From positions 60,001 to 92,000 of the forward strand of contig NC_013849.1 in NCBI RefSeq assembly GCF_000025505.1: a stretch of DNA of 32,000 nucleotides, written 5' to 3'. Positions within the stretch are counted from its first letter, which is position 1, and every line of letters starts with the position of its first letter. Shown one piece after another: positions 16,907 through 24,979 of this stretch. Made by a program: the position numbers and the translations under genes. This DNA is from Ferroglobus placidus DSM 10642. Its GTDB lineage: Archaea; Halobacteriota; Archaeoglobi; Archaeoglobales; Archaeoglobaceae. The notes under the pieces are model-generated. The model was not told the DNA's origin. It was given only the letters and a program-made list of their open reading frames with translations, and ran no database searches.

Positions 16907-18580
16907 ATGATCGGAAGCAGACTTGCCGAAGTTTACAGAAGTTTGATAAACGTTGCGATGGGAAGGGAAAAAGCGGATCTCTTAATCGAAAACTGCAACA
17001 TCGTGGATGTTATAAGCGGGGATATTTTCGAGGGAAGTATTGCAATTAAAGGAGACAGAATAGCTCTCGTCGGTGAGAAAGTTGACGCCTACGAATTTTT
17101 CGACGCAAAAGGGCTTTACGCCGTTCCGGGATTTATTGATGCTCACGCACACCCGGATTTTTACCTAACCCTCCCGGAGTATTCGAGTTTGGCAGTTAAA
17201 CACGGAACAACAACGCTATTTTCCGAATGCGACGCAGCTTTAAATGCTCTTGGAACAGAAGGATTCGAGCTCTTCGTCAAGTGGGCGAGGGAATGTCCAG
17301 CTAGAATATATATAAACATCCCCTACATATTCCCTCAGGATCCGGCTGTCGAGGATGCTAACTTCGAGATAAGCTACGAGGAACTTGCTGAGATAGCCGG
17401 AGATCTTTTGGTTGGACTCGGCGAAGTTCTGTCTTGGAGCGGAGTTATTTCATTGGATGAGCAAATTCTGAAAAAGATCGACTTCGCGTTGGAAAAAGAC
17501 CTCGTAGTTCTCGGACACACTGCCGGTGCTAAAAGGAACAAGCTGCAAGCGTATTCCATTATCGCAGGTTCCTGTCACGAAGCAATAACTCAAGAGGAAG
17601 CTCTGGAGAAGCTTAGGAGCGGCTTGCACTTAATGGTTAGGGAGGGGTCGATAAGGAGCGATCTGGGCATAATTAAAGGGATAAAAAACGTCGACAAATC
17701 CTGGATTTCAATTGTTTCCGACGGAGTCGATCCGAGGAAACTTGTGGGGGGTTACATGGATTCAATAGCGAGAAAGGCTGTTGAACTTGGGTTAGATCCG
17801 ATAGATGTGCTGAGGATGATCACGGTGAATCCGGCGAAATACTACGGAATGGAGAGAGATCTTGGCATAATCGCTCCTCCGAGATACGCTGACATAGTTT
17901 TGCTGAAAAGCCTTGAAAAGTTTGAGGTTGAGAGAGTTTTCGTTGGGGGAAAGATTCCGAAGGAGGCGAAGACGAAAGATGAACCTTACAGCGTCATGAA
18001 CGTTGAGAAGATTGAAAGAGAGGACTTAAAGATTGACGCCGATGGAAACGTTAAAATCAGGATGATGCGCCTTGTCACCGAGAGCGTAACAAAGGAGGTT
18101 ATCAGAGAGGTGGAGGTGAAAAACGGAGAGACGGATTTCTGTAAAGCTGTTTTGGTGGACAGGTTTAAAGGAAACAGAATAGTTATCGGGTTGATCGAAA
18201 ACCTCGAAATGGAAGGCACAGTTTCTTCAACCTTCAACTTCGACGAGTACAATATTCTGACCATAGGCAGAGACTACGACGAGATAGCTAAGACGACGAA
18301 CAAACTCATAAAAATGGGTGGGGGGATAATTTACTCCGGAAAAACAAACGTAGAGCTAAGGTTACCCTACGGAGGAGTTATGAGCAACGATGTTGGGGAT
18401 GTAATCCAGAAACTCGAAAAGCTGAATGAAGTTTTAAAAGACGATGGCTTCGAATTCGAAAATCCATTGAACGTGCTGTACTTCCTAACTTTCGTAACGC
18501 TGCCTGAATTGAAGATCAGCAATAAAGGATTGGTGAAGGTCAAGGAGAGGAAGATCGTGCCGCTTATAGTGGAAAGTTGA
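16907..18580 (+). CDS. Adenine-deaminase-like amidohydrolase (divergent at several expected family motifs)
   Basis: 557 aa; 'VPGFIDAHAHPDFYLTLPEYSSLAVKHGTTTLF', 'LGEVLSWSGVI', 'LGHTAGAKRNKLQAYSIIAGSCHEAITQEEALEKLRSGLHLMVREGS', 'MITVNPAKYYGMERDLGIIAPPRYADIVLL'. Confidence 0.78.
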   Translation: MIGSRLAEVYRSLINVAMGREKADLLIENCNIVDVISGDIFEGSIAIKGDRIALVGEKVDAYEFFDAKGLYAVPGFIDAHAHPDFYLTLPEYSSLAVKHGTTTLFSECDAALNALGTEGFELFVKWARECPARIYINIPYIFPQDPAVEDANFEISYEELAEIAGDLLVGLGEVLSWSGVISLDEQILKKIDFALEKDLVVLGHTAGAKRNKLQAYSIIAGSCHEAITQEEALEKLRSGLHLMVREGSIRSDLGIIKGIKNVDKSWISIVSDGVDPRKLVGGYMDSIARKAVELGLDPIDVLRMITVNPAKYYGMERDLGIIAPPRYADIVLLKSLEKFEVERVFVGGKIPKEAKTKDEPYSVMNVEKIEREDLKIDADGNVKIRMMRLVTESVTKEVIREVEVKNGETDFCKAVLVDRFKGNRIVIGLIENLEMEGTVSSTFNFDEYNILTIGRDYDEIAKTTNKLIKMGGGIIYSGKTNVELRLPYGGVMSNDVGDVIQKLEKLNEVLKDDGFEFENPLNVLYFLTFVTLPELKISNKGLVKVKERKIVPLIVES

Positions 18581-18675
18581 CTCCGTAAATTTTATCTTAG
18601 CTTGAGATTTCAAATAATTATTAATTAATTTTATTAAAGCAAACAATTTAAATAGATTCCCGGCAAGAAGTCGTC

Positions 18676-20472
18676 ATGGGTTTTGAGGAGAAGGCTGAGA
18701 GGGATTTGGAAGAGGGAGGAATAGGTGATGTCTTAACTCAAAAGCACGAAATCAAGCATAGGTACACGAAAAGGCAGAAAATATCTTTATTCTTCGGAAT
18801 TCTGTTATTCTTGGCTGTAATCCTCATGCCAACTCCCGCTACATTTGCAGAGTCGGCTCTGAAAAACTCCGAACTTCCGAAGGACTTAGTTTCGGAGATG
18901 GGAAAGCTCGGCTACGCCGAGGTTGAAGGGGGCAAGATAAAAAAAGTAAAGGATGTTGAGGCGGCTCTTTCTTACCTCAAGGAGAGAAGTCCGGAGAGTT
19001 ACGAAAAAGTCGTAAAGAAAGCTAACGACATGAAAAGCGTCACGGCTTTAACGATCCTGATGGCTGTATGGTGGATTGGAGAAGCGATTCCGCTGCCAGC
19101 TACAGCTTTACTCCCCTTAGTCGCTCTACCAGTTCTTGGAGTTAGCAAGATTAACGAAGTTGCCCCGAATTACGCCTCAAATGTGATTTTCCTCTTTATG
19201 GGAGGTTTCATGATCGCAGCAGCTATGATGAAGTGGAACCTTCACAGAAGACTTGCGTTGATAATAGTTAATGCGATGGGCACGAGTCCAAAAAGGATTA
19301 TTCTCGGTTTTATGGTAGCAACGGCTTTCCTCAGCATGTGGATTTCCAATACCGCTACGACGATGATGATGATGCCGATCGGTCTGTCGATAATTTTGCA
19401 CATCGCAAAGGTTGGAGAGGAGTTGAAGAGAAAGGGAGAAATAAAAGGAGTTGACTTTAGAGCTGGCAGATTTAGATTTGGCACAGCTCTAATGCTCGGA
19501 ATAGCCTACGCAGCATCGATAGGAGGGGTTGCAACGATAATAGGAACTCCGCCTAACGCTGTTTTTGTCGGGACACTTCCAAAGCTCTTCCCGAATGCTC
19601 CGGAAGTAACCTTCGTGGACTGGCTTTTTATAGGACTTCCAGTGTCAGCGATAATGCTTCTCCTGACTTGGATCGTCCTTGTGTACGTTCTGAACAAGCC
19701 GGAAATTGACGAAATTCCCGGAGGAAAGGAGTTAATAAGAAAGGAGCTGGAAAAGCTCGGTGCTTGGAGTAGGGGAGAAAAGATCGTTCTTTCTGTCTTC
19801 ATTCTTACCGCTCTCGCATGGATTAACAGCAAACCGAAAAACATAGCGGGAGTAATTATTCCAGGAATTTCGAGCTATCTGCCCTTCGTGAACGATTACG
19901 TCATAGCGATGGCGGCTGCCATAGCTCTTTTCCTTATTCCGGTGGACTTAAAAAGAGGAGAATTCGCTCTCGACTGGGATCACGCCAAGGACATCCCGTG
20001 GGGCATCTTACTTCTCTTCGGAGGTGGAATAGCGTTGAGTAAAGCTTTCACGTCCTCCGGACTTGCAAGCTGGTTGGCTGAGCAGCTTTTATTTTTAAAA
20101 GGTGCACCAACGATTCTCGTAATTCTTGCGGTGGTAACGCTTGTGATATTTCTCACCGAGATGACGTCCAATACAGCAATAGCAACTCTGATGATGCCCA
20201 TAATGGCTGGATTTGCCTTGGCTATGGGGGAAGATCCGAGAGCATTCATGATTCCGGCAACGATAGCAGCGAGCTTCGCCTTCATGCTTCCGGTAGCGAC
20301 GCCGCCAAATGCAATAGTCTTCGGGACTGGCTACGTGACAGTTCCTCAAATGGTGAGAAACGGTTTTCTGCTGAACGTTATCGGCATAGCTCTCGTGACG
20401 ACTCTTTGCTACCTTTTACTTCCAGTAGTCTTCGACGTAACTTGGGGTGTTAAGCCCGAATGGGTTCCCTGA
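18676..20472 (+). CDS. SLC13/DASS-type sodium:anion symporter
   Basis: 598 aa multi-TM; 'AVWWIGEAIPLPATALLPLV', 'WISNTATTMMMMPIGLSI', 'IGGVATIIGTPPNAVFVG', 'FLTEMTSNTAIATLMMPI', 'PVATPPNAIVFGTGYV'. Confidence 0.93.
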   Translation: MGFEEKAERDLEEGGIGDVLTQKHEIKHRYTKRQKISLFFGILLFLAVILMPTPATFAESALKNSELPKDLVSEMGKLGYAEVEGGKIKKVKDVEAALSYLKERSPESYEKVVKKANDMKSVTALTILMAVWWIGEAIPLPATALLPLVALPVLGVSKINEVAPNYASNVIFLFMGGFMIAAAMMKWNLHRRLALIIVNAMGTSPKRIILGFMVATAFLSMWISNTATTMMMMPIGLSIILHIAKVGEELKRKGEIKGVDFRAGRFRFGTALMLGIAYAASIGGVATIIGTPPNAVFVGTLPKLFPNAPEVTFVDWLFIGLPVSAIMLLLTWIVLVYVLNKPEIDEIPGGKELIRKELEKLGAWSRGEKIVLSVFILTALAWINSKPKNIAGVIIPGISSYLPFVNDYVIAMAAAIALFLIPVDLKRGEFALDWDHAKDIPWGILLLFGGGIALSKAFTSSGLASWLAEQLLFLKGAPTILVILAVVTLVIFLTEMTSNTAIATLMMPIMAGFALAMGEDPRAFMIPATIAASFAFMLPVATPPNAIVFGTGYVTVPQMVRNGFLLNVIGIALVTTLCYLLLPVVFDVTWGVKPEWVP

Positions 20473-20476
20473 TTTT

Positions 20477-21133
20477 TTACCTTATTTTTCTTCCTCTGAA
20501 AGCGTCGTAAATTCTTCTCGCGTATTTCTCCCCTATTCCTTCGACTCTCATGAGTTCGTAGAGTGAGGCGTTGGCAATTCTCTGCAAGTTTCCGAACTTT
20601 TCAAGAAGTCTTTTTGCTCTTTCCTCCCCTATTCCGGGAATTGCCGTTAGCATCGCTATTTGATAATCTTCCTTAGCTTTCACTCTCGGAAAAACTCTCA
20701 GCTCTCCTTTTCTTATCTTCGAATCTATGTACTTTAAAGCGAGGATAGAATCGAACTCGTTCTCAAAAGTTATCGGAACTACTTGCCCCTTTTCTTTCTT
20801 CACGGCCAAAGATATAAGAGCTCCTATGACTGCTTCTCTCCTTATCTCCCTCCTCACAAGAACTTCTTCAATCGAGCCGATTATAAATATAAAGCTCAAG
20901 TTGTACCTTGAGGAGAGCAAGTAGTGCTGTCTGAAAATTCTGCCGTCGATCGTTGAATTCACGAAGTCTTCTGCAGATTTTCTTTCGACGGCAACTTCGT
21001 AACTTTCGTGAACAACGAGGAAATCTCCAACCTCAAGTCTCCTGATTTCGTACTCAACTCCCGCTTCTTCAAGCATTCTGAAAACTTTTTCTGGCTCTCT
21101 GTCATCGACGAATATCATAAAAAGCCTCCGCAA
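20477..21133 (-). CDS. XPF/ERCC4-family nuclease with C-terminal helix-hairpin-helix domain (start may be the ATG at 21118)
   Basis: 218 aa; 'FVDDREPE', nuclease motif 'VERKSAEDF', C-terminal (HhH)2: 'LTAIPGIGEERAKRLLEKFG...RVEGIGEKYARRIYDAF'. Confidence 0.88.
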   Translation of the reverse strand: MRRLFMIFVDDREPEKVFRMLEEAGVEYEIRRLEVGDFLVVHESYEVAVERKSAEDFVNSTIDGRIFRQHYLLSSRYNLSFIFIIGSIEEVLVRREIRREAVIGALISLAVKKEKGQVVPITFENEFDSILALKYIDSKIRKGELRVFPRVKAKEDYQIAMLTAIPGIGEERAKRLLEKFGNLQRIANASLYELMRVEGIGEKYARRIYDAFRGRKIR

Positions 21134-22712
21134 TCTTCTCGTATACTTCTTTTTCTCTACCTTTCGAAGTTCTTCTGAGCTTTTCGACTATCAGTTCCGG
21201 AGTGCTTCTACCTATTTTTCCGAAGATCGGTTGCCTGTTCACGATCAATCTGAAATTCTCATCCAAACCAACAGCTTCAATTCCGTCTACCCTCACAAAA
21301 TCCAGCTTCGAAAGCTCCTCGCCGAGATGAGATACGACGATTGCGTAATCTCCAGCGGAGTGGATAAGTTCGAGGATCTTTTTCAGAATTTTAACCGCCG
21401 CACCCGGTTCTGTTATCGCTTCGAACTCGTCTACGAGAATTAACTTTCTGCCTTTACTCGAAATTGCTCTGGCAAAAGACTTTATCGTGTTTTCAAACGC
21501 CCCACTTCCGTAGCTCATTTTCTTCCTCTTGAAAAAGAAGAGCTCATCGAAAACCCGTACTTCTGCTCTTTCTGCATTCACCGGCAAACCCATGTGAGCT
21601 AATATCACAATTTGGCAAACGAGTTCAAGCAACGACGTTTTTCCTCCGCTGTTAGCTCCAGTTAATATTGCAATTCTGTTTCTCTCATCTAAGTAGTAGT
21701 CTATCGGCTGGGGATTATCTATGAACAGATTTTTTCCTTTGAATATTCTTAGTCCCTCACCTATTTCAGGGAAAGCGAAATCCTGAAGAACTTTGTAGAG
21801 TGCCAGCGACCTGTACTTCTTTATTTTTTCATTCAAACCCTTTAGGTCGTACTTTTCAACGATCCTCCTGCATGCGAAATAAAAGTCGATCGCATGCCTC
21901 TCTTCAAGCTTTTTCTTCAATTCTCTCAACTTCTCCTCGTTCACTTCGATAGGGTAGCTGATTGTGAACACGTTTTCGTAGATTCCAAATTTTTCGTAGA
22001 TTTTTTCCTCAGCGGCTTTTACCTCCTCCTCTATCACGTCCCTTATTTTTTCGAAAGCCCTCTCAGCGAGAGACAGAACTTCTTTTCCACTTAGAATTAT
22101 CTTAACGTTCTCAAGCCTTTCCTCTATCCTTTCGTTGAGCTGAACGAGAATTTCGTGAACAGCAGTTTCCATCTCTTCAACTTCCTTAACTCTTTCGTAC
22201 AACTCTTTAACTCTCTCAACTTCTTCGAGAATTTTGGCTACCTCCTCCTTTCCGTCTACCTTCTTTTCCATTTCCGAAAGCAGCTTTAAAGAGTGTAGAT
22301 TCTGAAGGAGAGGCACGACGAAAATTTCAGGTGCGAGGTGCTCTATTTTCGGCTCGGCTTCGATGTCGTAGTTTAGGAGCAGAGTAAAAGGAGCTGGGGA
22401 GAATCGAACCTCGCAAACCCCTATTTTTAAAGCCTTTTCGTACTCGTCCTCGTCTTTAGCGATGTAGCATCGATCTTCGAAAAATCTCTTTTTGAATTCG
22501 AAGTAACTGAGTTTCGTTAGATCCTCGAAGCTAACTTTCTGAGCTTTTTCTATTAGTTCTTTCACGACTTTTTGCCTTTTCAGAATTTCCTCTCTATCGG
22601 AGACCAAATCGAACTTTTTCAACTCTTCTTCTGCTTCTCTCACCTTTGCCTCAGTTTTTAGGTAGTTTACAACTTTTCCGTAGATTTCTCTCGCGTCACC
22701 CCTTAATTTCAC
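21102..22712 (-). CDS. MutS-family-like DNA-binding ATPase (no recognisable mismatch-recognition N-terminal domain)
   Basis: 536 aa; Walker A 'ILTGANSGGKTSLLELVCQIVILAHMGLPV', 'SYGSGAFENTIKSFARAI', Walker B 'KLILVDEFEAITEPGAA', long central coiled coil. Confidence 0.82.
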   Translation of the reverse strand: MKLRGDAREIYGKVVNYLKTEAKVREAEEELKKFDLVSDREEILKRQKVVKELIEKAQKVSFEDLTKLSYFEFKKRFFEDRCYIAKDEDEYEKALKIGVCEVRFSPAPFTLLLNYDIEAEPKIEHLAPEIFVVPLLQNLHSLKLLSEMEKKVDGKEEVAKILEEVERVKELYERVKEVEEMETAVHEILVQLNERIEERLENVKIILSGKEVLSLAERAFEKIRDVIEEEVKAAEEKIYEKFGIYENVFTISYPIEVNEEKLRELKKKLEERHAIDFYFACRRIVEKYDLKGLNEKIKKYRSLALYKVLQDFAFPEIGEGLRIFKGKNLFIDNPQPIDYYLDERNRIAILTGANSGGKTSLLELVCQIVILAHMGLPVNAERAEVRVFDELFFFKRKKMSYGSGAFENTIKSFARAISSKGRKLILVDEFEAITEPGAAVKILKKILELIHSAGDYAIVVSHLGEELSKLDFVRVDGIEAVGLDENFRLIVNRQPIFGKIGRSTPELIVEKLRRTSKGREKEVYEKIAEAFYDIRR

Positions 22713-22743
22713 GGAAAAAATTAGCTAAAATTGGGATAAAAAC

Positions 22744-24687
22744 TTAATCGAAGGCAGCTTCATAGACGAGTTCGATTACGTCCTTAACTTCAATTCTGTC
22801 GTCGAGTTTCTGCGTTTTAACGCCGTCCTCAAGCATTATTGCACAGAACGGGCAAGCTACAGCCAGTATCTCTGCCCCAGTTTCTGCCGCCTCCCTCGCT
22901 CTTATGTTGTTCGGTCGATCCTCTCCGGGATATTCTCTCACGAGGTTCCCACCCCCGCCACCGCAGCAGAAGGATCTTTCTCTGTTCCTCGGCATTTCCA
23001 CGAGCTCAATTCCCGGAATGCTTTTCAGGATCTCTCTTGGAAGATCGTAAATTCCGTTCCACCTTCCAAGGTAGCAGGGATCGTGGAAGGTCACCTTCTT
23101 GTTTATCTCCTTCTTGAACTTTAGCCTCCCGTCTTTTATAGCTTCGAGGATGACTTCGAGCACGAATTTAGTGTTAATCTCGTACTCGTTTTTGAAGGTG
23201 TTGTAGCAGTGGGGGGAAACGGATATTAGCTTTTCAACTCCGTACTTCTCGAAGGTGGACGTGTTTTCTTCCTTCAGCAGCTGGAACAACCCTTCTTCTC
23301 CGAGCCTTCTCGCTTCGTTTCCGCAGCATCCCTCTTCTCTTCCAAGAACAGCATAGCTTACCCCTATTTCGTTGAGAATCGCTATAAGCTTTTTAGCAAC
23401 CTCCTTAGCTTTTGCATCGTAAACTTGACATCCCACCCACAGAAGCCATTCGAATTCCGTTTCGCTGGCTTTGGGAACTTCGATGTCCTTCATCCACGCG
23501 TCTCTCTTCCACTTTGCCTCACCCCACATGTTCCTCTGCTTCTGAATGTTGTTCAGAATGTCTCTTACATCTGGAGGAGTCTCTCCGCTTTCGACTATTC
23601 CTCTTCTCATCTCACCTATTATCTCCATCTGTTCGATGTAAACCGGACACATTTCCATGCAAGCTTTGCAAGTAGTACAAGCCCAAACGGCATCCATGTC
23701 AATTACGCTGTCGAGCAAAAGCGTTTCTTCCTTCTTTCTGCCGATGAAGTCGAAGGTGTCGTTGAGTGTTTTTCTCAAGTTCTGCATTAGGTACATGGGC
23801 GAAAGAGTCGTTCCCGAGTTAAAAGCTGGACAGTTGTCCTGGCACCTTCCGCATCTCATGCAAGCAATACTTGAAAGCAAATCTCTCCATTGGAGATCCG
23901 TCGCCTCTACAGCTCCCATGTACTCCTCGTCGAGGATCTCCCTCCCACCTCTCCTTTCACTTCTCGTTAGAATGTTAAGCGGAGCTGCGACAACGTGGAA
24001 GAGCTTCGTGTACGGAATTGCCGCTATGAAAAGCATTGCAAGCAAAGAATGAGTCATCCACGTCGCTTGATAAGCGGAGGAACTGTAAGGAACTGCGCTA
24101 GCTAAGATTCCTCCGATGAAAGCCGTGAACGCTGGCTGTCCGGAAGATATTCTCAAAGCCTCTACGACGAATCCGAGAAGCGTTATAATTATAAGCAACG
24201 CAAGAACCGCTCCGTCATCCTTGGCGAATTTCCAAGGCTTTTGAAATCTGCTCGGCTTGAAAACGTATCTATTCACCGTCGCTATCGCAAGACCGAGGAT
24301 TAAGAACAACCCGGCTAAATCCATCGTGAACTCGAAAATTAGGTAAAAAGTTCCTCTGAAAAAGTCTGAAGTGACCCTTTCCGCTATCGTAAGCGTAATC
24401 GTTCCGATCGTTAAAATTATGAAGCCCCACAGGACGAGAAGGTGCATCAGCCCCATCTGTCCCTCTCTCAAAGCGAGCCTAACAAAAAAGAGCCCGTCCT
24501 TTATTACCCACCAAAGTCTTTTCGGAAAGTTGTCGAGCCTTTTCTCGTCGTTCCTTCCCGAAGAGATTATTTTAAACCACCTGTAGCATCCGAGCAGAAA
24601 TATTACGAGAGCTACGAGAAAAGCCAAGTAGTGCGCTGAAACTATTAGCTTGCTAACACCCCAGAGCAACTCCCTCGTCGGCTCCAA
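22744..24687 (-). CDS. Membrane-bound Fe-S oxidoreductase with NarI-like TM domain, two 4Fe-4S motifs and two CCG domains (HdrD / ETF:quinone oxidoreductase-like)
   Basis: 'CMRCGRCQDNCPAF', 'CTTCKACMEMCPVY', 'GCCGNEARRLGE', 'HDPCYLGRWNGIYDLPREIL...RSFCCGGGGG'. Native start inferred as TTG at 24687 behind GGGGTGGTAG. The track start (24786) lies inside the IS. Confidence 0.83.
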   Translation of the reverse strand: MEPTRELLWGVSKLIVSAHYLAFLVALVIFLLGCYRWFKIISSGRNDEKRLDNFPKRLWWVIKDGLFFVRLALREGQMGLMHLLVLWGFIILTIGTITLTIAERVTSDFFRGTFYLIFEFTMDLAGLFLILGLAIATVNRYVFKPSRFQKPWKFAKDDGAVLALLIIITLLGFVVEALRISSGQPAFTAFIGGILASAVPYSSSAYQATWMTHSLLAMLFIAAIPYTKLFHVVAAPLNILTRSERRGGREILDEEYMGAVEATDLQWRDLLSSIACMRCGRCQDNCPAFNSGTTLSPMYLMQNLRKTLNDTFDFIGRKKEETLLLDSVIDMDAVWACTTCKACMEMCPVYIEQMEIIGEMRRGIVESGETPPDVRDILNNIQKQRNMWGEAKWKRDAWMKDIEVPKASETEFEWLLWVGCQVYDAKAKEVAKKLIAILNEIGVSYAVLGREEGCCGNEARRLGEEGLFQLLKEENTSTFEKYGVEKLISVSPHCYNTFKNEYEINTKFVLEVILEAIKDGRLKFKKEINKKVTFHDPCYLGRWNGIYDLPREILKSIPGIELVEMPRNRERSFCCGGGGGNLVREYPGEDRPNNIRAREAAETGAEILAVACPFCAIMLEDGVKTQKLDDRIEVKDVIELVYEAAFD

Positions 24688-24738
24688 GCTACCACCCCAA
24701 AAAGTCTCGGAAGAAGGTAATTTAATTTTTATTGAATT

Positions 24739-24750
24739 CCGCCGAGAGAG
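24739..24750. repeat. Left copy of target-site duplication CCGCCGAGAGAG
   Basis: Identical 12-mer CCGCCGAGAGAG directly flanks both inverted repeats (24739-24750 and 25963-25974). Confidence 0.92.
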
Positions 24751-24766
24751 GTTTTGGGACAAAATT
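24751..24766 (+). repeat. IS left terminal inverted repeat
   Basis: GTTTTGGGACAAAATT, with an inverted match at 25947-25962. Confidence 0.9.
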
Positions 24767-24769
24767 CCT

Positions 24770-24928
24770 TTAATCCCTGACAACAATCACATACGCTCTC
24801 CACCCAATATACCTCTTGGGCACATCAACCTTTGCTGAATTACCGAAAGGCGTGACTCTCTTCTCGAAAACAACCTCAACCTCCTCTTTCAGAACAAAAT
24901 CTCCCTTCTTCACTTCAACCCTCCTCAT
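24770..24928 (-). CDS. Small transposase-associated protein, DUF2080-like (52 aa)
   Basis: MRRVEVKKGDFVLKEEVEVVFEKRVTPFGNSAKVDVPKRYIGWRAYVIVVRD. The 'K.VTPFGNSAKVDVPK.Y.G..AYV' pattern resembles the archaeal IS-associated DUF2080 family. It is the in-frame C-terminal part of the longer 24770-25180 track ORF. Confidence 0.75.
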   Translation of the reverse strand: MRRVEVKKGDFVLKEEVEVVFEKRVTPFGNSAKVDVPKRYIGWRAYVIVVRD

Positions 24929-24929
24929 G

Positions 24930-24955
24930 TTAAGTATATCCATAGAAATACTTAA
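24930..24955. promoter_or_regulatory. Perfect 8-bp inverted repeat (TTAAGTAT-N10-ATACTTAA) between the divergent IS ORFs
   Basis: TTAAGTAT at 24930-24937 and ATACTTAA at 24948-24955, inside the 51-bp gap between start codons 24928(-) and 24980(+). Confidence 0.45.
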
Positions 24956-24979
24956 ATACTTTTTGGTTGGAATCAGAAC

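Noticed and set aside
18581-18675. AT-rich near-palindromic stretch (AATAATTATTAATTAATTTTATT) before the SLC13 gene
   Set aside because: Best explained as ordinary archaeal promoter AT-richness. No stable stem-loop or repeat unit.
22839-24838. Plus-strand ORFs opposite the Fe-S oxidoreductase (22839-23117, 23412-23675, 23425-23790, 23657-24052, 24371-24838)
   Set aside because: Antisense to intact cysteine motifs of the oxidoreductase. Composition is typical of shadow ORFs.
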